From the NCBI RefSeq assembly GCF_044704955.1, contig NC_091995.1:40176001-40240000 (forward strand): a DNA stretch of 64,000 nt, read 5' to 3'. Positions within the stretch are counted from its first letter, which is position 1. The number at the start of each line of letters is the position of its first letter. This document shows positions 25,481-38,397 of the stretch, in pieces. The DNA is from Pristiophorus japonicus. Its lineage: Eukaryota. Made by a program: the position numbers and the translations under genes. Under the pieces are notes generated by a model. That model worked only from the letters and a program-made list of their open reading frames with translations, searched no databases and was not told where the DNA came from.

Positions 25481-26422
25481 GATGCAATTTAAGCCCTAAA
25501 CTATTTTTTGTCCATTAATTTTATAAACTCACAGTTGGGGTGAAACTAACTTTAATGGAAAAGAAAATTTGGCCGAATGCAAAGCTGGCTGTTGAATCGC
25601 TATCGCCCATTTTGGGCTACAGCCTAAGATTAATTTCATCCTCGGTCTATGTTATTGTTGTCTTTCAATGGAACTGAGCGGGCGGCAGATCTGAACACAG
25701 TTTTACACAATGGCAGCAAGTTGAAAATCGATCCCGTTATTTTCAATCCATGTGACTCAATATCAGAAATATGCCCGCTAAAGGATAACAAAGTGAGGCA
25801 AACTCTAAATAATACATAATGGGAATTAATGATAGAGTATATGATACATCGAAATTGTTGCGAAAAAGTTAAAATGGAAAACATGTCACCTAAATGTAAG
25901 TGATTCATCTCTGAAAGAAGTTTCAGATGACCTTAGCACATTGCTACTTAACCGGGAGTGTAAAGTTCTGAAGTTATTAAGCAAAAGAACACTGTTATTT
26001 TATTTCCTCAGCATTGGATTTTAGCCCGGTGATTATGTTAAAATGACCCCTACAGAATAGGCAGTCAACACGTTTACCCATAGTGTCTGTGGAACTGAGA
26101 ATGCTTTGCTGCCCTCTGACGGCAGCGGAGCCATGCGGCTAACCTCTGCTCCTAAACTCCGCACCGTATCCGGGTGAAGTAGAAATAATTGCAATTTACA
26201 ACTGGTAAACAGTCGATTCAATCTAACCAAGCGTGCCGGCATTTACCCTCCATACCAGCTAATAGTTCTAATCACACTTACCCAAACTGTCCCCATATCC
26301 CTTCATTCGAAAACAGGGCAACTCCAGCCTGGCCAATTACCATCCTATCAACTGATTCTCAATCTTGTGCAATGTGATTTTGATGGAGTGGTCAACAGTG
26401 CTATCAAATGGCACTTACTCAC

Positions 26423-27310
26423 TCATCATCATCATCATAGGCAGTCCCTCGAACGAGGATGACTTGCTTTCACACCAAAAGGGGTGAGTTCAACAGGTGT
26501 TTCATTGAAGAACCCGATATTCCAATTTGAACTCAGGGCTGGAAGATGCCTGTGCATGGATTTTTTAATGTGTGGTGACCGTTGCACATCAGCCACCACA
26601 TGGGCTTGACAGAGCTAGGTCATGGTCCAGTGGCAAGGGTTAATCAAGATGACTGGAGCCCTGTTCTGCTGCACGGACCTAGTGCGCACATATATTGCAG
26701 TGTGGGCAGGCCCATGCTGCCCCGGGCCCTTGGCTTTACTGGGTGCCATACCCTCATTGGCCGCACCTCCGCCACGATCTCTTGCTGCTCCTCCGCCACA
26801 AACATTCGCCGCACTGCCACCACTATCTCTCTCGGCTCTCCCGCCACAAAACATTTGCCGCACATCCGCCACGATCACTCATCACTTCCTCCGCACCAAA
26901 CATTTGCCGAACCTCTGCCATGATCACTCGCCAAATCTCAGCCACCATCTCTCATCGTTCCTCCACCTCAATCACTCGCCGCACCTCCACCATGATCACT
27001 CGCTGCTCATCCGCTTCCATCTCCTCCACTGTACCTGGCCCCGACGATGTTCCTGCCCACACTCCAAACGGCGATTTGGGTTTTGATGACATCGCCCATT
27101 CGCCCACCTCGAAATTGTCGCACACTTGGAATGGCTCGCGCTGGAAGTTGCAGTGGCAAGCTCTTTTATGCCCTCAACCTGCGGAGGTGTTCTCTCACAG
27201 GTTGCGGGGCCACGATGTTCCAGGCCCACCACTCCAGTTCTTTTATAGCCCGACCCTCAGGCCCTGAAGTCGCCGATCCACCTGGTCCCTCTCGGCACTG
27301 CTCACGTTCT
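26423..27310 (-). mobile_element. Non-autonomous RTE-tailed retroelement, copy 3, with a longer repetitive 5' head
   Basis: (CAT)n-AGGCAGTCCCTCG tail on +; shared body 26440..26730; CCGCCAC-rich repeats beyond it; far boundary uncertain. Confidence 0.75.
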
Positions 27311-27369
27311 GCCATTTTGTTTTTCCTTATTTACTCACTAATAACATGCTGACCAATGTTAGTTTGGGT

Positions 27370-29090
27370 TCAGATAGGACCACTCAGTTCCAGACCTAAT
27401 TACAGACTTTGTCCAAACGTGGACAAAAGAGTTGCATTACAGAGGTGTGGTGAGAGTAACTGCCCTGGACATTAAGATAGCATTCAATCGCATGTGGCAT
27501 GAAGGGACCCTAACAAAACTAAAGTCAATGAAGATCAAGGAGAAAACATCAGTTGCTGCAGTCATGCCTAGCACAAAGGAAGATGATTCTGGTCATTAGA
27601 GGCCAATCCTCTCATGCCCAGGACACCACTGCAGGAGTTCCTCAGGGCAGCATTCTTGGATCCACGAACTTCAGCTGCTTCATCAATGACCTTCCTTCCA
27701 TCATAACGACACAAGTGGGGCAGTTCTCTGATGATTGCACAGTGTTCAGCTCCATATTAAATTTCTCAGTTAATGAAGAATTCCATGCCCACATGCAGCA
27801 AGACAACATTCATGCTTGGGCTGATAAGTGGCAAGTAATATTCACACTAAACAATTGCTGGGCAGTGATTATCTCCGACGAGAGAGTTTAACCACCTCAC
27901 AATAACATTCACTGACATTCCCATCGCTACATCCAACATCATCAACATCCTGGGTGTCACCATTGACCAGAAAATAAAATGGACCAGCCACATAAATTTG
28001 GTAGCTACTAGAGTAGGTCAGAGGTAGGGTATTCTGCACCATATTCCTAACTTCTTGACTCCCCAACGCCCCTCCACCAACTGAAATGCACAAGTCAGGA
28101 CTCTGATGGATGCTCTCCACTTGTTTGTATGGATGCCACTGCAAGAACACTCAAGAAGATCGACACGTGCAGGGCAAAGCAATCCAATTGATCTGTGCCC
28201 ATCCACCACCTTAACATAGAAACATAGAAAATAGGTGCAGGAGTAGGCCATTCGGCCCTTCAAGCTTGCACCGCCATTCAATGAGTTCATGGCTGAACAT
28301 GCAACTTCAGTACCCCATTCCTGCTTTCTCGCCATACCCCTTGATCCCCCTAGTAGTAAGGACTACATCTAACTCCTTTTTGAATATATTTAGTGAATTG
28401 GCCTCAACTACTTTCTGTGGTAGAGAATTCCACAGGTTCACCACTCTTTGGGTGAAGAAGTTTCTCCTCATCTCGGTCCTAAATGGCTTTCCCCTTATCC
28501 TTAGACTGTGACCCCTGGTTCTGGACTTCTCCAACATTGGGAACATTCTTCCTGCATCTAACCTCTCTAAACCCGTCAGAATTTTAAACATTTCTATGAG
28601 ATCCCCTCTCATTCTTCTGAACTCCAGTGAATACAAGCCCAGTTGATCCAGTCTTTCTTGATATGTCAGTCCCGCCATCCCGGGAATCAGTCCCTCATCA
28701 ACTCCATTCACCACCAGCTCACCATGGTGCAGTGTTTAATATCTACAGGATATACTTGTGCAACTCACCAAGGTCTTTTCGACAACACCTCCTAAACCCC
28801 TGACTGCTACCGCCTAAAAGGACAAAGCAGCAGACATATGGGAACACCATCTCCTACACTTCCCCACCAACTTACACACCATCACGGCTTGGACATATAT
28901 TGCTCTTCTCATATCTTCATTGGTTCAAAATTCTGCAACTCCGTACCTAACAATATTGTGGGAGTATATGCACTGCATGTATTGCTCTGGTTCAAGTAGC
29001 CCCATCACCACCTTCTCAAGGGCAACTATGTATCAGCAATAACTGCCGACCTTGTTGGAGATGCCACATCCCGAGAATGAATGATAAAAT
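27370..29090 (+). mobile_element. Decayed HER1-like (CR1-group) shark LINE, RT to 3' end, split by a young CR1
   Basis: AGVPQGSILGSTNFSCFINDLP...FSDDCT; the 3' end GCAATAACTGCC...GATGCCACATCCCGAGAATGAAT resembles the HER1/HE1 tail as I recall it. Confidence 0.7.
28215..28690 (-). mobile_element. Young CR1 3' fragment, same subfamily as 22846..23968
   Basis: Near-identical to 22870..23335. Confidence 0.93.
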
Positions 29091-29099
29091 AATTATAAT

Positions 29100-29835
29100 T
29101 TTAATCACGTTTGATGTCCTCCTCTAATTCCATGCCCGTTAATCATTCCTAGTGCACTCCTGCATGGTACCTTGTCAAGGAAGTTCTCAGACTCCCAGTA
29201 TACTACATTGACTGTATTACCACTCGTCAATATAACTGTTACATTCTCAAATTATTCTGAGAGTTTTGTCAAGCACAATCATCACTTTTGACATTATTGC
29301 TGGCTACTTCTAACTTTTTGTCTTGATGTAGATACGTAACAATTTCATCCTTAGTTGAGATTGTAAGACCCCCACCACGGATATAATTACCAGGATGACC
29401 TCCATGCCCTTTTTTAAAATTGGGTGCTGCATTGATCACTCTCGAGTCATTGGACCAATATCCAGACTCAAAGGTCCCTTGATGTATAATTTCTAGGACG
29501 TCTGCAGTGTCTCCACTCATCTCATTGGAACATAACAAGATAGGAACATAGGAACAGGAGTCGGCCATTCAGCTCCTATACAATGTTTCACCATTCAGTT
29601 AGATCGTGGCTGATCTGTACATCAATTCCATTTATCTGCTTTTGCTCCATCTCCCTGAATACCGCTATCCTACAAAAAGTCTATTGAATTCAGTCTTAAA
29701 AATGTCAACTGACCCACAGCATCCACAGCCTTTTGAGTAAAAGAGTTCTAGAGTTCCACTACACTTTGTGTCAAACAGTTAATCCTGATTTCACTGGAAA
29801 ATGGCCTAGTCCTAATTTGTGGATCATGCCCCTCA
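29100..29835 (-). mobile_element. Two decayed CR1 fragments (RT scrap; 3' end with (CATAGGAA)n-type tail at ~29530)
   Basis: APNFKKG...PGNY remnant; 3' UTR GGAGTCGGCCATTCAGC. Confidence 0.65.
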
Positions 29836-30721
29836 GGTTATCTCGCTTAGGATCTGAGAATGCATTAATGGATTATTGTGCCAACTCATTTGAACTTGCG
29901 TCACAATAGCCATATCTTGAATGTTTTCCAGCAGAGAAAAACCAAATGCTGTACCGCTTTGTTTAATAAATGTTATTAAGTCACCGATAATAGTGTTGGT
30001 ACTAACAGTCCAACTGGGGTACAGCCATAGGTGTGTTTCTCCCACTGGACCCAAGTTGCACTCCCAAACCAATCTGTGCGGCAGGCTCACTCGGCGTCCA
30101 GGTATATGAGTGGCAGGGAGGTCAGGAACAAGGAGACTCCAATCATGGGAATTGCCTGCCTCTATCGCACTTCCTTCTACGTCTCACACCATATTTGAGT
30201 CAGACTGAGGTTTTGCCCCAGTTGGGCCCAATCAGAAATTTGCAGTGTAGTTCTGGAGCCCATATAGTAGGGTTTCTCCCAATTTTCTGAAGGCCACACC
30301 GTAGTCTGGGATGGCTTACACGCTGAGTGTACCACTGGCCCGGTGAAAATTCAGGACCTCTGTAGCTACAAACATTGATAGTGCCAATCGTACCTACAAT
30401 TAAACACTTATATCGTTAGATAGCACATATGTGTAATTGTTAATGTGAAAACATATGAATGAAAGGGTCTGGCTTAAATTGATATGACCCATGACTCAGT
30501 AACTGCATCTTTCGAAATAACTAAAAAGTTCAAAATAATCAGTCATTCCTTGTTTTGTGTGACTGCATTCCTGCTCTTGCTGCTGGTATAATAATATTAT
30601 CTATTGAGATGTACATCTCGTGTTCGTATCCCTCATTCCCACTGGGAAATCTGCATAACAAGGTTCTATTCCCGCTGAGCATTGGAGTAAAAACAGCTGC
30701 CTAATTAATTTGTTCAAGTAA

Positions 30722-30784
30722 CTGTAACTAATGTCAATTATTGCCTGACCTAAATGTCTTGAGATTGCTCAAAAAGTATAAATA
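30722..30784 (+). promoter_or_regulatory. Putative GPCR proximal promoter: conserved 19-mer CTGTAACTAATGTCAATTA plus TATA box (TATAAATA 30777..30784)
   Basis: The 19-mer is identical upstream of the paralogue (52188..52206) at similar spacing to the ATG (129 vs 134 bp). Confidence 0.7.
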
Positions 30785-30850
30785 TGGCCCATTTCAACGC
30801 ATCTCTTTGGTTTAAGATTCACACCAAGAGCTCACTTCGTCGCTACGAAA

Positions 30851-30920
30851 ATGGGACAATCTGTAATTCCACAGATCGAAGAAATTTACTATCCTATTCT
30901 TGCACTGGTCGGCATTCCTA
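30851..30920 (+). CDS. GPR139-like GPCR coding exon 1 (MGQSVIPQIEEIYYPILALVGIP, phase 1)
   Basis: ATG, 70 nt, GTAAGT donor; joins exon 2 in frame to complete TM1 (VGIPSNLVAIVIL); homologous 70-nt exon at 52322. Confidence 0.9.
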
Positions 30921-31917
30921 GTAAGTTACTATAATCAGTCATTCCTTGTTTTGTGTGACTGCATTCCTGCTCTTGCTGCTGGTATAATAATATTATCTAT
31001 TGAGATGTACATCTCCAGTTATTGTGAGTGAACTAGTAAAAAACAGTTTAATACAATATAATCATTACGGCATTATATAGATGTAAACACCATTTTGCAT
31101 AATGGTGTCACTCAGTGCGGTGAATGTACTGCGTTGAGTAAAGTTGTTACAGTGGAGCCAGTAGTCATCCCACAAGCCTATTGTTGTATTAGTTATTCAG
31201 CATTATAATTCAACTTCATTTCAATGTGGGGTTTTTGTTAAGCTATTTTATTACAACGATAATAGATTGCATTTATTTAATGCCTTTAATGTAGAAAAAC
31301 ATCCACAGCGCTTACAACATCAATGTTCCCAATACAGACTTTGAAATAATCTTTTATACAGTACACATCTGGTACATCTTCAGGGATTCCTTTTCAAGGT
31401 TGTGAACAGAATGATTGACCGTTGTCTCATATTTCCCTTTAATGTAAATCATTCAATTTGCTTGCAACCTTAGCTTTGTGCACAGTGAATTGTTATCATA
31501 CATTCCTAATATTTGGGAAGGATGAAGGAGGTGGTTATTTTGACTTCTCTTCCATTTATTTTATGAGCCAGGGCAATGCCTTGATAAGGGAAGTTGTGCT
31601 CCTGTTACATTCCTCAAATAGCTAATTACATTATTTGGAAATACTGGGGCATTTCTGGCTACTTTAAATAGTTTAAGGTAGTGCATAAGTTAACAATTGA
31701 ACTTATGTTTTCGGATATTGTTTATTGTTTCTGTAAAATGATATATCTTGTTAATAAGTCAACTGTGAATGTTGGCCCACCCTGTATAATTTTTTAAAAG
31801 AGATGTAATAAACCCCACATTGAGCACAGTATTGATTCAATAACTCATTGATTGTTTGATGTATTGACTGATTTGTGATTTGTTGATTCCTTGACTCTGT
31901 GAGTCACTAATTCCTTG

Positions 31918-32193
31918 AGGCAATGTTGACTTTGGGCAATAAAGTAAAACGAGTGATATTGGATATAATGTCTGTTATACATTTCTCCCAATTTTTATCA
32001 CCTTTCACTTCAATGGAAATGAAAATTGGGGAGAACCGTAAATGGCCCATATTACATTATCGCTCAGTTTTACATCTCTCCCAATTTGTATTTCCATTGA
32101 AGTCAATACAAAGTAAAATGGAAGAGGTGTAAAATGATCTGCCTACTCACTATCATCCCATTACATTATTACACAAAGTCAAGATCCACTCCC
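31918..32193. mobile_element. Fold-back MITE copy (compound) in the GPCR intron
   Basis: TTGACTTTG...CAAAGTCAA termini; internal TCTCCCAATTT/AAATTGGGGAGA and CATTGAAGTCAAT palindromes. Confidence 0.65.
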
Positions 32194-32199
32194 TGGTCA

Positions 32200-33740
32200 T
32201 AACAACAACAACAACTTGGATTTATATAGTGTCTTAAGAGTAGTGAACCTTCCCAACGTGCTTAACAGGAGTATTATGCGTCGAAATCTTTGACACCGAG
32301 CCGCATAAGGAGAAATTAGGGCAGGTGATCAAAAGCTTGGTCAAAGAGGTAGGTTTCAAGAATATCTTCAAGAAGAAAAGAGAGGTATAGAGGCAGAGAG
32401 GTTTAGGAAGGGAATTCCAGAGCTCAGGACCTTGGCAACAGAAGGCACTGCCACCCATGGTTGAGCGATTATAATCAGGAATGCTCTAACAGGGCAGAAT
32501 TAGAGGAGCGCAGATATCTCGGGGGGGTTGCGCGGCTGGAGGAGATTACAGACAAAGGGGGTGTGAGGCCATGGAGGGATTGGAAAACAAGGATGAGAAT
32601 TTTGAAATCGAGGCATTGCTTAACCAGGAGCCGATGTAGGGCACAGGGGTGATGGGTGAGTGGGACATGATGTGAGTTAGAACACGGGCAGTTGAATTTT
32701 GGATGACCTCTAGTTTATGTATTAAAGAATGTGGGAGGCCAGCCAGGAGTGCATTGAAATAGTCAAGTCTAGAGGTAACAAAGGCATGTATGAGGGCTTA
32801 AACAGCAGATGAGCTGAGGCAGAGACTGGCGATGTTACAGAGGTGGAAATAGGCGGTCTTAGTTATGCTGCAGATATGTGGTCGGATGCTCATTTCAGGA
32901 TCAAATAAGACACCAAGGATGTGAACTGTGCAGTTCAGCCTCAGACAGAAGTTGGAGAGAGGGATGGAATCAGTGGCTATGGAATGGAAGTTTGTGGCGG
33001 GGACCGAAAACAATGGCTTCGGTCTTCTCAATATTAGATTTGAGAACATTTCTGCTCATCTAGAACTGGATGTCAGACAAGCAGTCTGACAATTTGGAGA
33101 CCACGGAGGAATCAAGAGAAGTGGTAGTGAGTGAGAGCTGGGTTTCATCAGCGTACATATGGAAACTGACATTGTGTTTACAGATAATGTCGCCAAGGGG
33201 CAACATGTAGATGGAAAATAGGAGGGGGCCAAGGATAGATCCTTGTCAGACACCAGAGATAACAATGTTGGAGTGGGAAGAGAAGCAGTTGCAGGTGATT
33301 CTCTGGCTATGGTTAGATGAATAATAATGGGACCAGGCAAGTGTCGACCCACTCCACTGGATGATGGTGGATAGGCGTTGGAGAAGGATAGAGTGGTCAA
33401 CCTTGTCAAAGGCTGCAGACAAGTCAAGAAGAATGAGGAAGGATAGTTTGCCTTTGTCACTTGAATGTCATTTGTGACTTTGATGAGAGCCATTTTGGTG
33501 CTGTGGCAGGCATGGGAACCGGATTGGAGGGATTCAAACACGGAATTGTGGGAATGATGGGCACGGGTTTGGCAGGCATCAACATGTTCAAGGACTTTGG
33601 AGAGGAAAGGGAGGTTGGAGATAGAGCAGTAGTTTGGAAGGACAGAGGGTTCAAGGGTTGGTTTTGTGATGACGGCAAATTTGAGGGAGAGGGCGACAGT
33701 ATCTGAGGAGAGAACCGTTAACAATGTCAGTTAATATGGG
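32200..33740 (-). mobile_element. L2-clade LINE RT and 3' end with (TTG)n tail, in the GPCR intron
   Basis: KPTLEPSVLPNYCSISNLPFLSKVLE...[14 protein letters not shown]; ITKTAYFHLCNIA; ELWNSLPKPL; (CAA)n-CTTGGATTTATATAG on +. Confidence 0.88.
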
Positions 33741-34104
33741 AGGAAGAAAAGGAAGTTCTTAGTTCACTTCTTGTGTGTTCTTATTAATTGTAAGGATGGC
33801 ACACTAATGTGTTTGATTATCATATTGCCTGTGGAGCACCATGTTACATGGGGAATGACACTCCATTCTACAGCAGTTATTGATGTTTTGAGGTAACATA
33901 AACTGGACGTGGTGTGAAACCGGCTGCTGTTTCACTGTGAGCCGGTTTGGCGCAACCGCCCAAGGCCAATTTCACCCCATTACTGAGTCGAGCGACTGCA
34001 CAAAGGATTTGGAGTTAATTTCGATATAACATATTCTCAATCTGATTATTCCTAGGAATTAAGTGTAATGAGTATGTTTCCCTTCTATTCTCATTTTCTC
34101 GTAG

Positions 34105-35030
34105 GCAATCTAGTGGCGATTGTGATTCTCTCCCGTGGGAAGTGCGGTCTTTCTAAATGTATCACTCGTTACCTGGTGGCCATGGCAGCGGCAGATCTAC
34201 TGGTGATAATATTTGATGTGATATTTTATGAGATTAATGACATTTATTTCCCATATTCATTCTTGGACTACACTCCTGTTTGCAGCCTGATTATCGCCCT
34301 GGTTTTTGCAGCTATTGATTGCTCTGTCTGGTTAACTGTCACCTTCACTTTTGATCGATTTGTCGCCATTTGCTGCCAGAAACTGAGAGCGAAATATTGC
34401 ACCGAAAGAACCGCGGCCATTGTAATAACGATTGTGTTTGGACTGAGCTTTGTGGAAAACATTCCCATTTACTTTGAGAATGAGCACCTGGAAATGATTG
34501 ACAATGTGGCGTGGTTCTGCAGTGTAAAATCAAGCCTCTCTACCTTACCAATATGGGTAGCATACTTCTTCCTTGATATCACCATAACCCCATTCGCACC
34601 ATTTGTGTTGGTTCTGCTGCTCAATGCCCTGACCATCAGGCACATTGTACGGGCAAGTAGAGCGAGGAGGGGACTCCGGGGAAATAACAATAGTGAGGAT
34701 CACAATGATCCAGAGATGGAGAACCGAAGAAGATCGATCATATTACTGCTCGCCATCTCCAGCTGCTTTATACTGTTATGGATGGTTACGTTTGTACATT
34801 TCATATGTACACAATTTACAGACATTCAGTTTATGCTCACAGATTACAATGATCCATTCGCCATCATGGAGCACACAGGATATATGCTTCAGTGTTTGAG
34901 TTCATGCACAAACACATTCATCTACGCAGTGGCTCAAGCTAAATTCAGAGAGGAATTGAAGAATATCGTTAAATATCCCCTGAGTCTAATTGTGAAGTTA
35001 GTGGCTTCAAAAAATTTAAACTCAATGTAG
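34105..35030 (+). CDS. GPR139-like class A GPCR coding exon 2 (TM1 end to C-terminus); spliced protein 331 aa
   Basis: Polypyrimidine-TAG acceptor at 34104; YLVAMAAADLL (TM2), TFDRFVAIC (DRF), ILLLAISSCFILLW (TM6), SSCTNTFIY (TM7), helix 8 KFREEL; no stops. GPR139/142-family-like; orthology not established. Confidence 0.92.
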
Positions 35031-35309
35031 TCAAACCTCAGCCCAGCTATTAGCCAACGTGGATCACAATATATTCTCTGAATCCATTTATAATTGTAAG
35101 GCATTTTATCTTTCCCACTCTCTCTTTTTCCACGTATTGTAAGATAACAAATATACTGAAGGAATGTGCCAGATGACTGAATGCAGGAAAAATGCTCTGG
35201 GGTGAAGGTTGTCTTGTCCAGAATCGCATCATGGACAGCAGTAAATCGACAGATCATTTTACAATCTGCCTGATTTTATTTTCCATTGCATGCAATGATT
35301 GTAATAAGT

Positions 35310-35473
35310 ACATCTGCTGGTGGAGTAAAACGGGTGATATATCTGATCGGCGGTCCGTTATACACCTCTCCCAATGTACCTTTCCAATGGGAAGGACAAT
35401 CGGGAAAGTGTTGAATGGAGGCTAGTCCGATATCACCCAGTTTACACCATGGGCACAGGTTAAAGTTACCCCC
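35310..35473. mobile_element. Fold-back MITE copy 3' of the GPCR
   Basis: GTAAAACGGGTGATAT ... ATATCACCCAGTTTAC arms; end GTTAAAGTTACCCCC. Confidence 0.65.
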
Positions 35474-36519
35474 GTGTATTAAACAGGCCACAGATCCACT
35501 ATGGCTCGTTTTGCACTCCGGCCCATGACCAATTGGGTCTCCAGCTCTTTCTGCAGCCACAGAAAATCCCGCTGGGGCAATGTTTCTTCTGCCGGGCCCC
35601 TACATGCCGAAACAAGTTTAGGGCAGTGTCTGGGGTCTTTCAGGCCGACACCAGGAATCAGTTACGCCAATAATTGGCCAGCAGAACTACAGTTGGCTGA
35701 GAGCGGACGCCTGTTCTGTTCCAGGCCGAAAGTGCCGCCAAATTTCAAAAGATCAATAGCAACCAATCCTCATTTGGATAGGAGGCTAATGTCATAAACC
35801 CAGAAATAAAGGATAACATTCGAATCTCTTCCATCTATGGCTTGAGTGCCCAATGGCACTCCCACTCCAACATTAGGCCGCTTCTGTAGGACCGTGTTGC
35901 CTCCATTTCAATTTAAATAATCCCTCTACTCATATTTGGCAAGGGATCACCATCAGGTGAAGCGGCCAATGACAGTACAACACTGTCACACCCACAGTAC
36001 GTGTTTATTCATTTATTGGTTTCTTTCAGGCCAGCTGCAGCTGAAGGCATTACCTGGAGTTCAGGTATTAAAGCACTCGGCCACGTTTCCCAATTCATGG
36101 CCTATCTGATTTCAGTGCAGAGGAGCGAGCAGTTATTGCTGCCGTCCCACGGCCGCAAATGCTGGAACCTCCATTCAATGGGAAGCCCCGTGTGTTCTTT
36201 ATGTGGTCAAGAGGATGGTGGCGCGATAGTGAAATTGGCTCTTCTGAAAGCCGCTGTTCATCAAATCAGGGGTCAACCGAACAATCGGTTTTCCAATGAG
36301 TAACTGGTTTTGACTTTCCTTAAGAGGAAGGAGGTAAGAAGTAACTCCAGGATGACAAGCCTGAATCGAGGTGACGAATCAAGTTATGGCTCTGTGGTCA
36401 ATTCAGTAAAATGATCCTTGGACCAGGCACGTGTGCACTACTCTGGTACTCTGTTGACAATTTGTCAGCCAGTATGGGTCACTGGTGGAACCCTGATGGG
36501 TCGATGTGTTGTTCAGAGT

Positions 36520-37635
36520 CATAGAATCATAGCCATTTACAGCACAGAAGGAGGCAATTTCGGCCCATCATATCCGCGCAGGCCGACCAAAAGCTATCCA
36601 GCCGAATGCCACTTTCCAGTGCATAGCCGTAGCCCTGTCGGCTACGGCACTATACGTGCACATCCAAGAATCTTTTAACTGTGGTGAGGGTTCCTGCCTC
36701 TACCACCCTTTCAGGCAGTGAGTTCCAGACCCTCAACACCTTCTGGGTGAAGACATTTCCCCTCATATCTCATTTAAATTTCCCCCCAATTACTTTAAAT
36801 CTATGCCCCCCTGGTTGTTGACCGTTCTGCCAAGGGAAACAGCTCCTTCCTATCCACTCTATCCAGGCCTCTCATAATTTTATACACCTCAATAAGGTCT
36901 CCCCTTAGCCTCCTCTGTTTCCAAGAAAACAAACTCAGCATCTCCAATCTTTCCTGATAGCCAAAATTCTCCAGTCCATGCAACATTATTGTAAATCTTC
37001 TCTACACCCTTTCCAGTGCAATCACATCTTTTCTTTAATGCGGTGACCAAATCTGCACGCAGTACTCCAGCTGTGGCCTAACCAGTGTTTATACAGTTCA
37101 AGCATAACCTCCTTGCTCTTGTATTCCATGCCTCGACTAATAAAGGCAAGTATTCCATATGCCTTCTTACCCACCTTGTCTACCTGGCCTGCTACCTTCA
37201 AGATTGTTCCTCTCTTGGCTCTACATCACCTGCCATTGTAAAGCTCTAACAGGGTATGACATCATAATCTGATCGGCAGGCAGAATCTTGCCGCTCCCCA
37301 TAACACTTCACTCCCTTATCGTTCAAAAATCTGTCTATCTCCACCTTAAATATATTGAATGACCCAGCCTCCGCAGCTCTCTGGGGCAGAGAATTCCACA
37401 GATTTACAACTCTCTGAGAGAAGAAATTCCTCCTCATCTCATTTCTAAAATCACCTATTAGTGCCGTACCTTTCTTACAAGCCTCCATTATTTATTGATT
37501 TATACTCTGTCCAACAGTGTGGCTACTGTTAGGTGGCCTATAGTGTGACTTCTTCCCCTTATTATTTCTGATCTCCACCCAAACTGATTTTACATCTTGA
37601 TCTTCTGAGCCAATATCATTTCTCATCACTGCACA
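36520..37635 (-). mobile_element. Cluster of CR1 fragments (3' end 36520..37200; scraps 37285..37445 and 37450..37635)
   Basis: RRLRGDLIEVYKIMRG; NFFSQRVVNLWNSLPQ; SVWVEIRNNKG...YRPPNS. Confidence 0.85.
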
Positions 37636-38254
37636 TAACGACGTGCTGGTTTTGTCAAGCATCCAGTAATTCTGCAAGCATCGATATTTTAATAAGTTGG
37701 TTTAGAGAGCTTTAGTCACAGTGACCAATTTCTGTGCCTGGCAATTACATTTCTTCGGTAGTTAATTATGCACTCAGTCTGCGTGCCGCAAGATCCCCAA
37801 ATTAAGGCCGGTTAAACTGCATTGGTGGTGATTTAGGGACGTGTTTTGGCCAGAAAATAGAGAGATCTTGAATGCTGCCACAGGGACTTTAACGTGACCC
37901 AGAATAGAAAGAGGGCTCGTGGGTCAATGTATCGCTCCAACTATTGCCCCCGTGACAAAGTGCCGCTCCTTCAATGAGACATCCGCTCAACGCTTGAGCC
38001 AAGTTTGAACCTGCAGCCTTCTCAACCAGTGCTGAATGATCTGTCGGTTCCACAAAGCTGATCTGTTATGTGGAGAAATGCTATGAGTCTTTTCAGGATA
38101 ATTCTGATGCTCAAGTATTTATTTTGTTCAAAATGTTTAAATGAATGAATGGCGTATTCTGAGCAACTGCTGAATTTACGACGAGCAATTCCGCCCTTTC
38201 TAGCTCTTATACTGAGGCACTGAGAAGACAATGGCCCCTATAATACGAAAACAA

Positions 38255-38397
38255 CACACTGCGGATGCAGAAAATCTGAAATAAAAGCAGAAAATACAGC
38301 AAACACTCAGCAGGTCGGACAGCATCTGTGGAAAGAGAGAAATTAGTTAACGTCATCGAGCTGCTGAGCATGTCCAGCATCTTCAGTTTTCATCTCA
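38255..38397 (-). mobile_element. Penelope pLTR-derived short element with an inverted arm
   Basis: Reverse complement of the 1855..1945 PLE end, then flips to forward orientation (CTGCTGAGCATGTCCAGCATCTTCAGTTTT). Confidence 0.65.

Larger units (their letters stand above)
30535..31015 (+). repeat. Perfect 85-bp direct repeat (30535..30619 = 30931..31015) flanking the GPCR promoter and exon 1
   Basis: ATAATCAGTCATTCC...GATGTACATCTC identical in both copies. Confidence 0.95.

Noticed and set aside
24496-25487. Cys/Val-rich ORFs
   Set aside because: (TG)n microsatellite
30635-30650. Olf/EBF (O/E) site in the GPCR promoter (TTCCCACTGGGAA)
   Set aside because: Spacer is 3 nt rather than the 2 nt of TCCCNNGGGA, and only half is conserved in the paralogue
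34068-34104. ORF-track N-terminus MSMFPFYSHFLV for a single-exon GPCR
   Set aside because: It is the intron polypyrimidine tract; the upstream exon 30851..30920 completes TM1 and is conserved in the paralogue
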